From the NCBI GenBank assembly GCA_020536535.1, contig JAHLWZ010000853.1:1-64000 (forward strand): a stretch of 64,000 nucleotides of DNA, read 5' to 3'. How positions within the stretch are numbered: the stretch's first letter is position 1; each line of letters starts with the position of its first letter. Below, piece by piece: positions 51,991 to 63,573 of the stretch. Source of the stretch: Pelomyxa schiedti. Lineage: Eukaryota; Protista; Evosea. Both the position numbers and the translations under genes were made by a program. The notes beneath the pieces were generated by a model that saw only the letters and a program-made list of their open reading frames with translations, ran no database searches and was not told the DNA's origin.

Positions 51991-53997
51991 CTACAATATT
52001 TCTTTCATTCCTTCTATGGCCAAGGCTATCCATGTTGGCCAGTCCTCTAAAGAAACATTTTCTGCCATTGCTCGTTCAAAAAGGGATTCTAAATCCACAG
52101 AAGAAAACCTGTTTGATGATGAGTTCAGAATTCCTTATTGCACTGATACAAACCACCCACAAAGAGCCCCCTGGATTTTGGCAGCCCTCCCAAGGGCGGC
52201 GAAATATTTCTTCTTCACTTCAGGGAGTGTGTTGTTGTCGTCAACCTTTGTTTTATTGTTGGTTTGTTGGGAATGAGTTACATTGGGACATACATTTGAA
52301 AGAACTCGAGAGCTTGGAGAGGCAGCATCTATTAAGGGCTGTGGGAAGAAGGTTAGTATGAAGAAAGATAGTGAATCGGTGGGCATGCAGTGGGGTGTGC
52401 TGCGACAGATTGCCCTTCTGTGTGCCTTCCAGCTGAATGCTTTTCGGGAGTGCTATCTGATACAGTGGCTTCGGTGATGCTTGCATTGGTTCCATTAGTT
52501 CCAAGTGTATTCACTACAGTTCGGTCATTATTATCAAGCCTAGCTTGCAAATTGGCAACTGTTTCTGCCATCTTCTCCTTCTCGGTAACTATAGAAGCCA
52601 GACTGCTTGTGAGTACCGCTTTCTCCTTCGAAATTTCGAGGAGAGTGTGTTGGTATTCTTTTTCCTTTTGCTGTAACAACTCTTCTGCATGAGTGGCACT
52701 AAACTGGTCAGATTTGGTGAGTGGGATGTGGTACCTGGCCGTGGAGCGTGATTCACTTGCTTTTATGAGTTCTAATTGCTCTCTAATGATTGTCAAACAT
52801 GCAAATCCGGGATCAATACCTTAGGGCATTTATTTCTGTTGTCTTGTCTCGTTCAAGTGTGTCTAATTGTATTCTGCTTAAAACGTTAATTTGCTTGTTG
52901 TGTCCAGTTAAATCTCTAAAAACCTTAAATCATGGGAACTGCTTTCTGCAGCTGAGCCCCTATTGCGAAAATCACTATTTTCAATCCCAAAACTCGGGAA
53001 ACCTGGATACAGAAGTATCTGTATGGGCCAATTGTTCTCTTTGCGTGTGTAAGAGAGGAATTGGCAGATTAGTGGCCAAGAAAAACAGTATGAGGAAATC
53101 TACTTTAGTTTGGTTATTTCTGTTCTTTAGAACAATCGGTCAGGGAAAGGAGGGAATCCAAATAATGTGTTAAAATTATAAAGGTGGGAGAATTACTTAA
53201 GTGAGTTGATTTCCTCAGTCGAAGATTTCGTCAAGTTGGCAAGTAGATCCCTATCCAAGGTAAGACTTAATTAATTTTAACAAGGAAATACTTGAGCATT
53301 GCCACTTCCCTGTCTTTACTTGCCTAAATATTTCCCATGACTTAAAATAATAAAGTGATAATTGGACTGACCATTGCCGATTGAATTCTACCAGAGCCAT
53401 ACTCAGATGCCTTCAGGGACAATTCTTGGATTGAAGGAATCCTAAAGAAGTATAAGGAAGACAGTAAATTCTGTGACAAACAAAACCATATTCGGAGATC
53501 AGATTCAGAAAGTGCCTTCATTTTAAAGGTTCTTCCAGTTGTTGTAACTTCAAACTCAAGGTTTTCCTTTGGCCAGTGTCATGAAAAGAGAATGGATTGA
53601 TAAAGAACATTGAGGTCCTTGACAGACTCTATATCACGCAGGTCAATTCTTCCTTGTGGCTTCCGTTCTGTTTTTTCATGGGTGTTTTTTTGTTATCGTT
53701 GGCAAAGCTATGGAAGTAGATAATAATGAATTCAAACTCACTCACTTTCTGGAGAGGTTGTGTACTCCCAATAAAACATCTCGGAAACGTAGAACCACCT
53801 CTTCTTATATGCAGAAAGGGGATTTTCACCCCGTTTGAACAACCATCCCTTTAAAAAAAGGTTTGCAGGAAGGAAAAAAGCTACCACTGACTAAAAAATA
53901 AAAATAAATAACGCACAGAAAGCTCCTTTATCAAAAGCGCCTGGACTTGAGGCTCCAGGTCTTGTCCCTTGGACTTATGGGATGACAACCTCAACAT
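51991..53997 (-). CDS. PH-domain + coiled-coil protein
   Basis: Spliced PH: GWLFKRGENPLSAYKKRWFYV..EY|..KPQGRIDLRDI..|FEVTTTGRTFKMKALSESDLRIW. Coiled coil at 52500-52900. C-terminal KKYFAALGRAAKI..LESLFERAMAENVSLEDWPTWI. Confidence 0.75.
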
Positions 53998-54399
53998 TAC
54001 CAACCAGTCACTGACACCAAGAGAAAGAAAATAACGGAAACAATGATTGATGGGTTGATTGTCGTGATCAAATGGAAGTTCCGAGTTCCGAGTTTTTCAC
54101 TACCTGAGTTGCTTAGGGACCACGAACCGTGTCTTTTGCTTCACTCACATGCACAAAACCAGAGAAGAATCCGATGGTTTTGGTGACTGTTGTCTCAGGA
54201 TGCATGGTGTATTGAGGTTGATGAGTGGTTTACCCCACTCAGATTATACATTGCCTTCACCAAGGGACCCTCAGAAATCTAGTCACATTTCTGGTTATCA
54301 CCTGCCTAATTACAAACCACCATCACTGTGATCAGTGTTGTGTGGAGTGTTGTGGTTTGCTGTGATGTTTTTGTGTGATATGACGACAACATAAAAGTG

Positions 54400-56725
54400 G
54401 CCCCAGGATTAAAGGAAGGATCGCAGGCAAGAAGGTGGCACTCACACTGGACACAGGGGGCAACATTATCCATCCTGGACGAGACGACATTCAGGTGGTT
54501 ACGGACCACAAGGGACGACATCACCAGATCACCATGGTGTAGCAGAGTTGCAGGAATCGGGGGACGAGCGGCAGCCACGGGCTGCACCATAGTACCCTTG
54601 CACGCGTGGGCAGCGATTGCAACACGAGTTTGTACCATGCAAGGATGCCCTGTTCAAGTGCTGGTTGGGATGGATTTACTGGGCAAACGAAAGGCCGAGC
54701 TAAACATCGCCGAGACGCATACAGTGTGGAGACTGAATGAAGAATTTTGCAGGTCCGGCAGGTTGTGGAATCAAGTCCGCCTTGATGGCTACAGCGGACT
54801 GCTACGTAAAGCCAGGTGACGAAGGCGCAGTGGCAATCAAATCAAACAGACCACAAGGCATTAACATGGATGCAAGACCAGGCAACCCACAGGGAAAGTT
54901 GCACACTGGCAGATGCTACCAGACGACTATGGGGCAATAGTGGAATTCAGGCCTGGAAAGGAGTCGTGGAACGTGGATGCACTCAGCAGAATACCCGAGA
55001 GGGCTCTCATGATAGTGGCCTTGGAGGATAGGCTCATATGGTGGAGGGAGGCCCAGGCTAAGGACAAGGACTGCCAGGCGCTGTTAGCATGGATAGGAGG
55101 CAAGAGCCTACCTGAGAGGCTGAGGACCGGGCTCAATCGCCACGATTTCGTCACTGAGAGCAACGTCTTACACCGGGTGCAGGCAGATCCCTTGAAGACC
55201 AGGGCAACGAAGGCTGTGGTGGTGCCCAAAGAACTACGCCAACAAATCAGGTTGATAACCACAACAGCATTTTCGCAGGACACATGTCAGCACCATACAC
55301 ACTGGAGAGGATACGGCACCACTTCTGGTGGCCAGGAACGAGGGCCGACATAGAGGGGTTCTGCCAGGGATGTCACCAGTGCACAGTTGCGAAAGCAGCA
55401 GCAAGGAAGGACTTAGCACTAGGATATCCACTACCAACCAACCTGGGGACACCATGAGTTTGGACTTCGTGGGGCCCCTTAGGGCCACAAGGCGAGGGAA
55501 CTCTTATATTCTCGTGATGATCGACCACCTCACTGGGGATGTTGAGCTCAAGGCCACCAGGCACCCAGATGCGGAGTCCGCTGTTAGGGCTCTGGTGCAC
55601 AGTTGGGTGTGCCGGAAAGGAATACCGAGGGTGATGATTAGCGATCGAGGCACCCACTTCACCAACAGGATCATGACCGGGCCATGCAGTATGCTGGGGA
55701 TTGAGCAGAGGATGACAACGCCTTACCACCCTCAGGCCGATGGTAAGACCGAGCGGTACAACCGCATACTCGTGGGATGAGCTACTACCGATGCTGGCGT
55801 TCGCGCACCGAACGGCGATTAGTCGAACGACAGGGTTCTCCCCCTTCTATCTGCAACATGGACGGGATGCCAGGACGCCAGGTGCGTTGCTCGACTACAG
55901 CGGGGCTGGAGAGGCCCACAGGCAGGCGGAAAAACTGACAAGGAGGGTGTGCGAGGCTTGGAAATTGGCCCAACGGACAGCAGAGTTGACGAAGCAGACA
56001 TGGGACTCCAGCCGCAAACCGCACATTGAGCACTGGAACTAGGGAAACTGGCAGATAAGTGGAAGGTACCATATCACATCACAGACATCCCAGTAAAGGG
56101 AGCCACAAGATTGGAATCCTTGGAAGGGGAAGTGTCACAAGCTTGTAAACCTTGGGCAACTCTGCAAGCACCGCGGGAACATAGCCCCAATCCTAGGAGG
56201 GGGGGAGAAGGGGCAAAGGGACAGCAGGGACTTCGTGAAGGAGGCCCCACCAACAAATAACAACTGACACACAAAAAGAGGCCAGCAGGCACAGAGCCAG
56301 ATACCAAGGGAAGCCAAGCAAAAACAAAGCCTGAAGTTGAGGCTGTGGTGGGAGAGAGATGGAAGAGTGATGGGAAGCAATATTTAATAAAGTGGAAAGA
56401 TCAGGACGAAAAGTACAACACGTGGCAGTATGAGGACGACTGTGCAGGCTGCACAGCACTGATTGAGAAGTTCAGGGAAGAGTGATTGAAGAGGAGACAC
56501 TGAGGGAATCACCAGCGGCTATGGCTGGTAGCTCTAAGAGGGGGAATGTGTGGGCGCACCACTATGACTAGACTCTAGACTGAGGACCCAACCTGGCTCA
56601 AGAGTCAAGAGATCTGCTGTGACGGCAGTTAGCACCTGCACACGGACAATAACCAGAGAAAAAGAAGAAGAATAGATACCCAAAGTTATCCCTCTTTATT
56701 GCTTAGAAGGCCCCGGATTACTACA
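54400..56725 (+). mobile_element. Degenerate Ty3/Gypsy LTR retrotransposon with chromodomain integrase; RT absent
   Basis: Protease LDTG (54450) ..VLVGMDLL; RNase H tail TDHKALTW..EFRPGK..DALSR; HHCC (GHM..FWWPG..CHQC); integrase SLDFVGPL, ISDRGTHF, YHPQADGKTERYN; chromodomain QYLIKWK..NTW; multiple frameshifts; PPT aagagggggaa 56536-56546 followed by TG. Confidence 0.9.
56547..56725 (+). repeat. Putative 3' LTR (TG...CA); right boundary tentative
   Basis: Starts with TG immediately after the polypurine tract; candidate end ctaCA at 56725. No matching 5' LTR found in the window. Confidence 0.5.
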
Positions 56726-56956
56726 GTTGGGAAGACATGGCGATCAGGTGATGTCAGAAGCGTAGCTTAGAGCCAAGAAATCGGCAAAAAACAGGGTTTT
56801 TTCGGAGTAAACTCCGCATAAGACAGCGGAAAAAGCTCAGGAGAACACGATCGGGAGTCACCACAACCTATTGCTCTCGAAGGTGGTGGGTGCAAGTTTT
56901 TTTGTGGTGTTGTTTTCTAAGATTGTAGTGAGGTTTTTTTTTACTGTGGGCACACA

Positions 56957-58656
56957 ATGAGCCAAAGCACTTCCTCCCCAAACAAGAAAGACCACCCAAA
57001 CCAGCATCCTGTCTGGTTACCTAAGGAGTTGCATGACACACTTCAAAAACTTGTGGGGAAAGGACATGTGACCTCAACAATGCTGTCTGCAGTTCAACAA
57101 TCACTCCCCTCTGCATCCAACAACAGCGACTCAACTTGTGACAAGCTGTTGCAAGCAAGGTGCATTCGTTGGTTGTCAACTTATGTGAGTTACCTGAAAT
57201 TCTTGCCATTTCTCATGTATGATCATGGTTTTGTTCTTTCGTAACCATTTTATTTCTTTCAGTTGTGCACAACTGGTAAAGTAATTACTTTGGAGCAACT
57301 TCCAAGTAGAAGTGACATACCCAATATCAATGCTGCCCTGGCTGAATTGGATTTCCAACACTTTGCAGCCAATTTGAAAGGGGTTACTACCTATCATTTA
57401 CTCATGGATGAGTCCAAGAGACGCTGTCAGAGTTTCACTCCTGTGTTCATTGCATACCACTCTGCTGTGGAGAATACTACAGTGTGCAAAGTGCTGAGTT
57501 TCTCTTTCACTCCACGCTGCTCAGCTGAAGAACTGGCAGAACATGTGAGTTGGTTTGGCCTCTGTACCTCCTACCACAGTTATTGGGGTCAATGAAAAGG
57601 GGTCATTCAAGCGCTCAATAAAAAGCCCTAATGCCAATGTAGTGGCAATGTTGTATCACATTTGGTGGATTTTGCATAAAGGAATGAACCCCTCAGAGGC
57701 CATCTCTCAATTTCTGCATTGGTGTCACAACCATAAGTTAGATCCCCCTGATGAAACCACCATTCCCCTTCCTCTGGCCACTTGTTGGTTGACTGTGCTA
57801 AATGCTGTTGTATGGGTTGAGCAAAGGATTCCACAAATCCAAGGATTTCTAAAGTATATTAATGACCAGCAAGCAACTGCTGTACTTTGAGGTAGACTTG
57901 CTATGCCATGAGAGCTTGGTTACAGAATCCTATACTTCAAGTGCAGCTCTCTCTCCTTTCTGAGTTTGCTCCTTGAGCACAATTTACCAGCATCATTCAA
58001 AGCCCATCTTCTCCCTGCACAGGTATGTATTACATATATACCTGTTACCATCCCTGTGTTAAAAGAGTTTTTGGGTGTACTTTTGGCAAGACCAGTTAAA
58101 TCAGATGTCTGCAGATTTGTCAACACACTTTCACAAAACTGATAAGTTGTCTCCCATCAATACCAATGATGTGACACTTGGTATTGATGTGGCTAAAGCT
58201 TTCCTGGGAGCATACAAAGCTACATTTGCTCATTACTTCCAAAAGTGGACAAGCTTTCCCCAAGCTGTAACTGCATTAGGAGATGACCACCACTGTGCTA
58301 CTTGTAACACAGCCCGAAAAGCAGCTTCACAACACTGTCAGGATCACTTGACACCTGAAACTCCCTTTATTGATCCTCATCCCCAAGTGTCTCTGCCTGT
58401 CCCACAGCCTCAAATTACATCAGCTGTCACACAATCACCTCAAATGACACCAGCTGTCACACAGCCACTTCAAATCCCACATACCTCCCAGGTCCAGCAG
58501 CCCTTCCAGCTTGCCACAGTTCAGGCCTCTTCCTTAAGCAGTACCGTAATTCTGTCAGTGATGGTGCCTGAGCCTTTGCATATGGAAGAAATCCCAGCAG
58601 GTCCTGCTCCACAAGTCAAAAAAAAGAGGTTCCACAAGGTGGTTAATTCACACTGA
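56957..58656 (+). pseudogene. Degenerate hAT-like DNA transposase relic
   Basis: YHLLMDES (first catalytic Asp motif), SAEELAEHV, PLATCWLT (TRWxS motif with R>C). Broken by stops and frameshifts. No TIRs found. Confidence 0.55.
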
Positions 58657-58859
58657 ACCCACTCAACCCACACAAAGACACTCCCAACAATTTCACAAAA
58701 CACCACCCCCAAAACAACATCACACACGTTCCTGGCACAGAAACAACCACCATTGGCCAATGGTTATGCTAGAGAGTAAGCTTTTGTAATAATACCTTCT
58801 GTTCTTTCAACATGCTCCAAGGGGAGACTACATTACAAAAGGCACTAAGCACACTAACT

Positions 58860-58962
58860 ACACTGGACATCAATGGAACCAACTTTCACATCACAAGGGA
58901 AATCATGATATTAAAACAAGGCAATCAATCAGTACAACAATATTATGAGAAGTTCATCTTTT
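58860..58962 (+). mobile_element. Retrotransposon gag fragment
   Basis: REIMILKQGNQSVQQYYEKF matches the LxQGxxSVxEYxxxF Ty3 gag motif. Confidence 0.55.
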
Positions 58963-59457
58963 CCTTGTGCATTCTTACTTTGATCAGTCAATGTACAACT
59001 GTGGTCATTGTCATTGTAGTACTTGTCTGTGGTGGTGATCTCCATAAGATCATCCCTTGGCACCACTTCTTCTTCTTCATCCACATCAAACCTGCCTAGG
59101 TTGACATGTTGCATGACACATGAGTTGTCCTACCTCTACCATTTTATTCGTCCTGCTCTAACAGTTAGAAACAAGTAAGATGAATAATGTCTTTCTATTT
59201 GACTTTGGCCACAATTAAACAATTTTGGTTCTGCTTAAGAGCATGTAACTTTTCTTGTGTGGTGGTGCAGTGTTCTGTGGCTAACATCATTTGGTGATGC
59301 CATCGTGTCTTGGTATGATCATTGATGTCAGTGCCAACACACGTGTGTGTTAGCTTATCCAAGGCTTGGTTCCAGATTGAGGGAGGGGATGCCTGGGGTG
59401 TTGAGGTTCCTTACTAAGTTTTGCTAGTTGTTTGTGTTGTGGTCATGGTGATGTTGA

Positions 59458-59540
59458 GTTTGTGGTGCAAACTCCCACCTATTCTGTGGGAGAAGATAGG
59501 TGGGATGGAAACAGAATAGGTGGGAGTTTGCACCACAAAC
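59458..59540. repeat. Perfect 30-bp inverted repeat with 23-nt spacer
   Basis: gtttgtggtgcaaactcccacctattctgt (59458-59487) and acagaataggtgggagtttgcaccacaaac (59511-59540). Confidence 0.95.
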
Positions 59541-60055
59541 AGCAAGTCTGCATCACAGCCTCATCATCAACATCATGTGTAAACAAGCTTTAGCTCTATG
59601 GTGATTGATTCTAATCCATTCCAACCTTTGTTCTTTCTGAAACAACCAGGCAAATGTTGTCCTCACCTCTATGGGTCAGGAAAGTTCACTCTTTGAAGAG
59701 AAGGTTTGGATGAGCACTGAACTGCACAACCGATGTGGCCTGTGAGTATGACTGCAAGCACATGTAAGGTTGTTTTGCAAAACCAATGGTTCTGGATTTG
59801 ATTCCAAAAAGTCTACTTCTAAGTCTGTTTTCCCTTGGTCTCAGCCTTCCGCTTTTAGTCACCGACCAAAACAAGAATGTTGATTTTCGACGAAATGGTG
59901 CTTCTTTTTGACGAGACTGCATTCTTCAAATCTGCTCCGGAGTTTTGGACGATGAAACCGCGAAAAGGTACTTGTGGGTCGCATTTTTTTGTTGAGACAA
60001 TCAATCCGCTTGTTTATGCGAAATCAGCACTTTCCTCAGAAAAAGAGTTTTACAG

Positions 60056-63000
60056 ATGAACCCCGAGAAAGAGCGAGAGTTGGAGCGGTACGTAGTATCA
60101 CAATGCACGTGGGAGAACCTGCCGCAGCACATACGAGCCAACGTGGAGCACAACCCCAAGAGGTGGCGGGCATTCGTCATCGCTTACAGCGTGCAGCACC
60201 AGCTGCCCTGGAGAACAACTCTCGTGAGGACGATGATTGACGAGAAGGCTTATTACGAGGAGTTACTTCAAAAGAGCCGCTTGTCTCTGCTGGTTTCCTC
60301 TTTCTTGCTTCTTATCTTATTTTGGGTTTTTGGGTTTTTTGAGTTTCGTGGTTTTGTTTCTTTTCCACGCTTATTCGGTTTTTTCTAACAAATTTTAGTT
60401 GTTTCCTTATCACCTTTCGGATGTATTGGACAAAGTATGCCACATTACTCCTTTCAAGTACTATCACGAAATGATGCTTGATGTTATGATTTCTGGTTTT
60501 TTTGTAGAGGGATTTTACAAAATTTAACTTTCATCATAGAGAGGTCATATGATGCACTACCAAATTTCACTGCGGCAGACTGTTAGTTCACCTTCACATG
60601 ACACAACAACAAACAAAATCAACAGGTGTGAGACTCCTCAGTATTGGGAGGAATGAATTCATTGACATAATGAACCGATTTCGGGCAAAAGGTTGGTTGC
60701 TTAAAAAGAGAAGAGCAACGATCCGTTCCATGCTTCCTCCACAAACTACTTTCCAGGGTATTTCCCGCTTCTCTATATTTCAATTCTCTTACACTCCAAA
60801 GAACCAGACTATTGGTGGGAAGTGGCTGCCTGTACAGCCACAGAGGACGATTTAAGGGTACCCATTGTTAATCGTATACTGCAACTAAGAAGTTAATCAG
60901 AACCTCCCTGAACAAGAGCACCAAGTTTTACAGCAGCTCTCTACTGGAGTGAAAGCTGCAGGAGAACTTGATAAAGCAACAGTAGTGTCACTGTACAAAA
61001 AGGAACTTGTTTACATCACTGTTCCTGTGAATAACACTGATCATATTGCTGGTAGTCCCTCCATTTTTTTGAAAAAATCTCAACTTTCCAGTTCCTCCAC
61101 TTGAAAATTTTGTTATGAACAGAGTTTTGGGAGATTACTTTGAAAACCTCTTGTACAACGTGTTTGTTTCCATAAATGAGCGCACAACAGTGGCACAGCT
61201 TGCTGAAGTTCTGCAGACCGATGTAGAAAATGTCAAAGTAGACAATATCTGAACCATAAATTGCCACTAAAATTATTTAGCAAGCAGTATCGCTGTACAT
61301 CATGCTAGGCTTTGCAAAGAACAAAAGTGTAGAACCATTGGTGTGTCGGTAGTTTCTTTTTTCGAGTTTTCACCAAGGTTTTGTGATTGCAGACTTTTGA
61401 TGCATCAAAAGGCTCCAAGTGGCACCCGTCATGGTTGTCTCATCAAGTGTGTTTCGAAAATAATCGTTCTTTTCCTTATTCTTCAAGCATCAACTGCCTC
61501 AACAACACAGTGAAACAGAGTCTACTCCTGACCCTGTCTCTGCTGCCAAACTACCCTCAGATCAACCCTCGGGGGTTTCTTCTACTACACTGCAGCCCAC
61601 TGTAATTGATGATGGCAGTAAGTTCTCTTCCTTCTTTTCCCTTCGTTGTCCCAATGTCGTATTAAATCGGCCTCTCACAGCGGAACAGAGGATAAAAAGA
61701 ATAGGTTTCTTTTTTGACTCGACTCTGACCGCATTTTTGATGATGGGTAATCTTGGAAGTGGCCTTAAGGTTTCATTTTCTTCCGTTTTAGGTCCCATTA
61801 AAAATGACAGATGCATGCTGTTACAATGTTTGAAGTGGGCAAACTTGCAAACGAAGTCATGGACGATTTTCTTGCCGAACTAAATAAAGTACCAGCTCAC
61901 CCTAACTTGTGTTTAACGTCCCAAGGTGAAACAAACAGCTGAAGGTGACGCACAGCGCTATGCGGACCATGCTATTATTTTGAGGTAGTCGCTGCCTTCG
62001 ATGTGTCAGGTTTATAACGTTTTGTAGGGAAACACTAGGATTTTTGAGAAAAATTAGCCTTCCTGATTGTGAGGGTTTAGGTAGACTCTCACCTTATCAT
62101 TGAATTCTGAAATTTCTCTAGATTTACTACGATGTGAGCGCATCAACACGTTAGATACAGCCACTAAAAATAGGATATCCTTTTTTCAATTACATTTTCT
62201 TTCTGATTTTCCATAACTGTCTCGAAATATTGCAAAAGAATTACGCCCTACTGATCTCTATGGCACCCATTGCCCCAGATTCTCAGCCTGTCTCAACATG
62301 CACTCCACTTCACTTCGGACCACCTATTCCAGAAGTATGTATTGTATAACAACAAAGGTAGGATGTGAAAACCCACTTTTTTAGATCGAATCCAACTGGT
62401 TCCGATTTTATGTGTACAAGATTTCTGGCTGTGGTCCTGCCTCTATTTTGTTTCCCAAGGGATATATTGTTAGACGACTTCCAACAATATTTGAGGTTTG
62501 GCTTTTACCACACTTAGTGCTTATTTACCTTTGTCAAGGGAGTTCAAAAACTGTGTATAATTCCTTGGGACCATGAACCCATAATAACCAACTATGGGCA
62601 AGCTTTACCAGTACTCAACAACAGGCTGAAAAGTAAGCCCGTTCTTGTGCACGCCTACTCAAAATGCAATTCCAACCCCACGTTTGTTGACGTTCCATTC
62701 CCTCTACCTCGAGAATCTGTTGATTTACTTGGAAATACTACTCCTACTGGCCCAGAGGAAACAGGTACACAATCACAACATCTGAAAATAATCATATTTG
62801 TCACAGGTTTTAATTCGAAAAACATGCATATGCACCCTGCTGTTATCAAGCTTTCACATAGCTTGTCCCTCGACCATTCCTGTGGTTACATTCGGATGAT
62901 CAATATACCCTCTGATCATTCTAGTGCGCCCACAGTACCGGTTCAACAACCCGAAGCACTTGTCGACACAGCAGCATCTACTTCACAACCGCATGTTCCA

Positions 63001-63393
63001 GAAAAAACCGTTCCCACTTCAACCAGTGCAACTCCCACTGATGCCAACTCCTGGATGCCCTTCAGTCTTCACTTTGGAATTCCGCTCTTCAACCTTCCAC
63101 TCAACCGCGCCGTTTGCGAACGCATACAGCAGCAGCAACTCTTCTCGGTTGAGAACCTTGCATCGTTCAGTGGCTGGTCCCGCATGCTATGCCTGAGACT
63201 CCTGGACTTCATTGCCCAGTGCCAATCACCAAGCATTGCACCAAGGGGAACCGGCGGCAACTTATCTGCAACTAGCAGCCTTACAACTCCTCTACCCCTA
63301 AGCAGTGACTCTGTGGTACCATTCCCCACATGTCCTGTACTATTCCATGAAGGCATGTTGTACAAGGCCCAGGACGTTCAATATGGAAATTAG
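60056..63393 (+). CDS. FAM91A1: FAM91A1 homolog (endosome-to-Golgi tethering factor)
   Basis: [124 protein letters not shown]. Confidence 0.95.
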
Positions 63394-63573
63394 GTTCACA
63401 ACAAATTCAACAGGTGTCTGCCTGCCAACTTTGCCGGCGTTTCACTACGCAAAAAATTTTAAGATGCCAAAGTTCATGTGCAACTCTTGTCCAGTTATTT
63501 TGGTACAAAAAGTGCGGGTAGGCAATCTCGTCCTATTGCAGATTCTCAAGTGACGCTGCCTGTTTGAGTTGAG

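Noticed and set aside
54100-54400. Possible 5' LTR or hAT terminal repeats around the TE island
   Set aside because: Only a short aaccagaga match to the 3' LTR; no convincing direct or inverted terminal pair found.
58400-58480. Imperfect 30-bp tandem repeat (cagctgtcacaca...caaat)
   Set aside because: Two to three degenerate coding-type units with no unique spacers; not CRISPR-like.
37162-63393. Apparent cluster of endomembrane/lysosomal genes (ML, SAC1, Atg22-like, HGSNAT, p24, FAM91A1)
   Set aside because: These functions are common in amoeba genomes, orientations are mixed and no shared motif was seen, so chance is sufficient.
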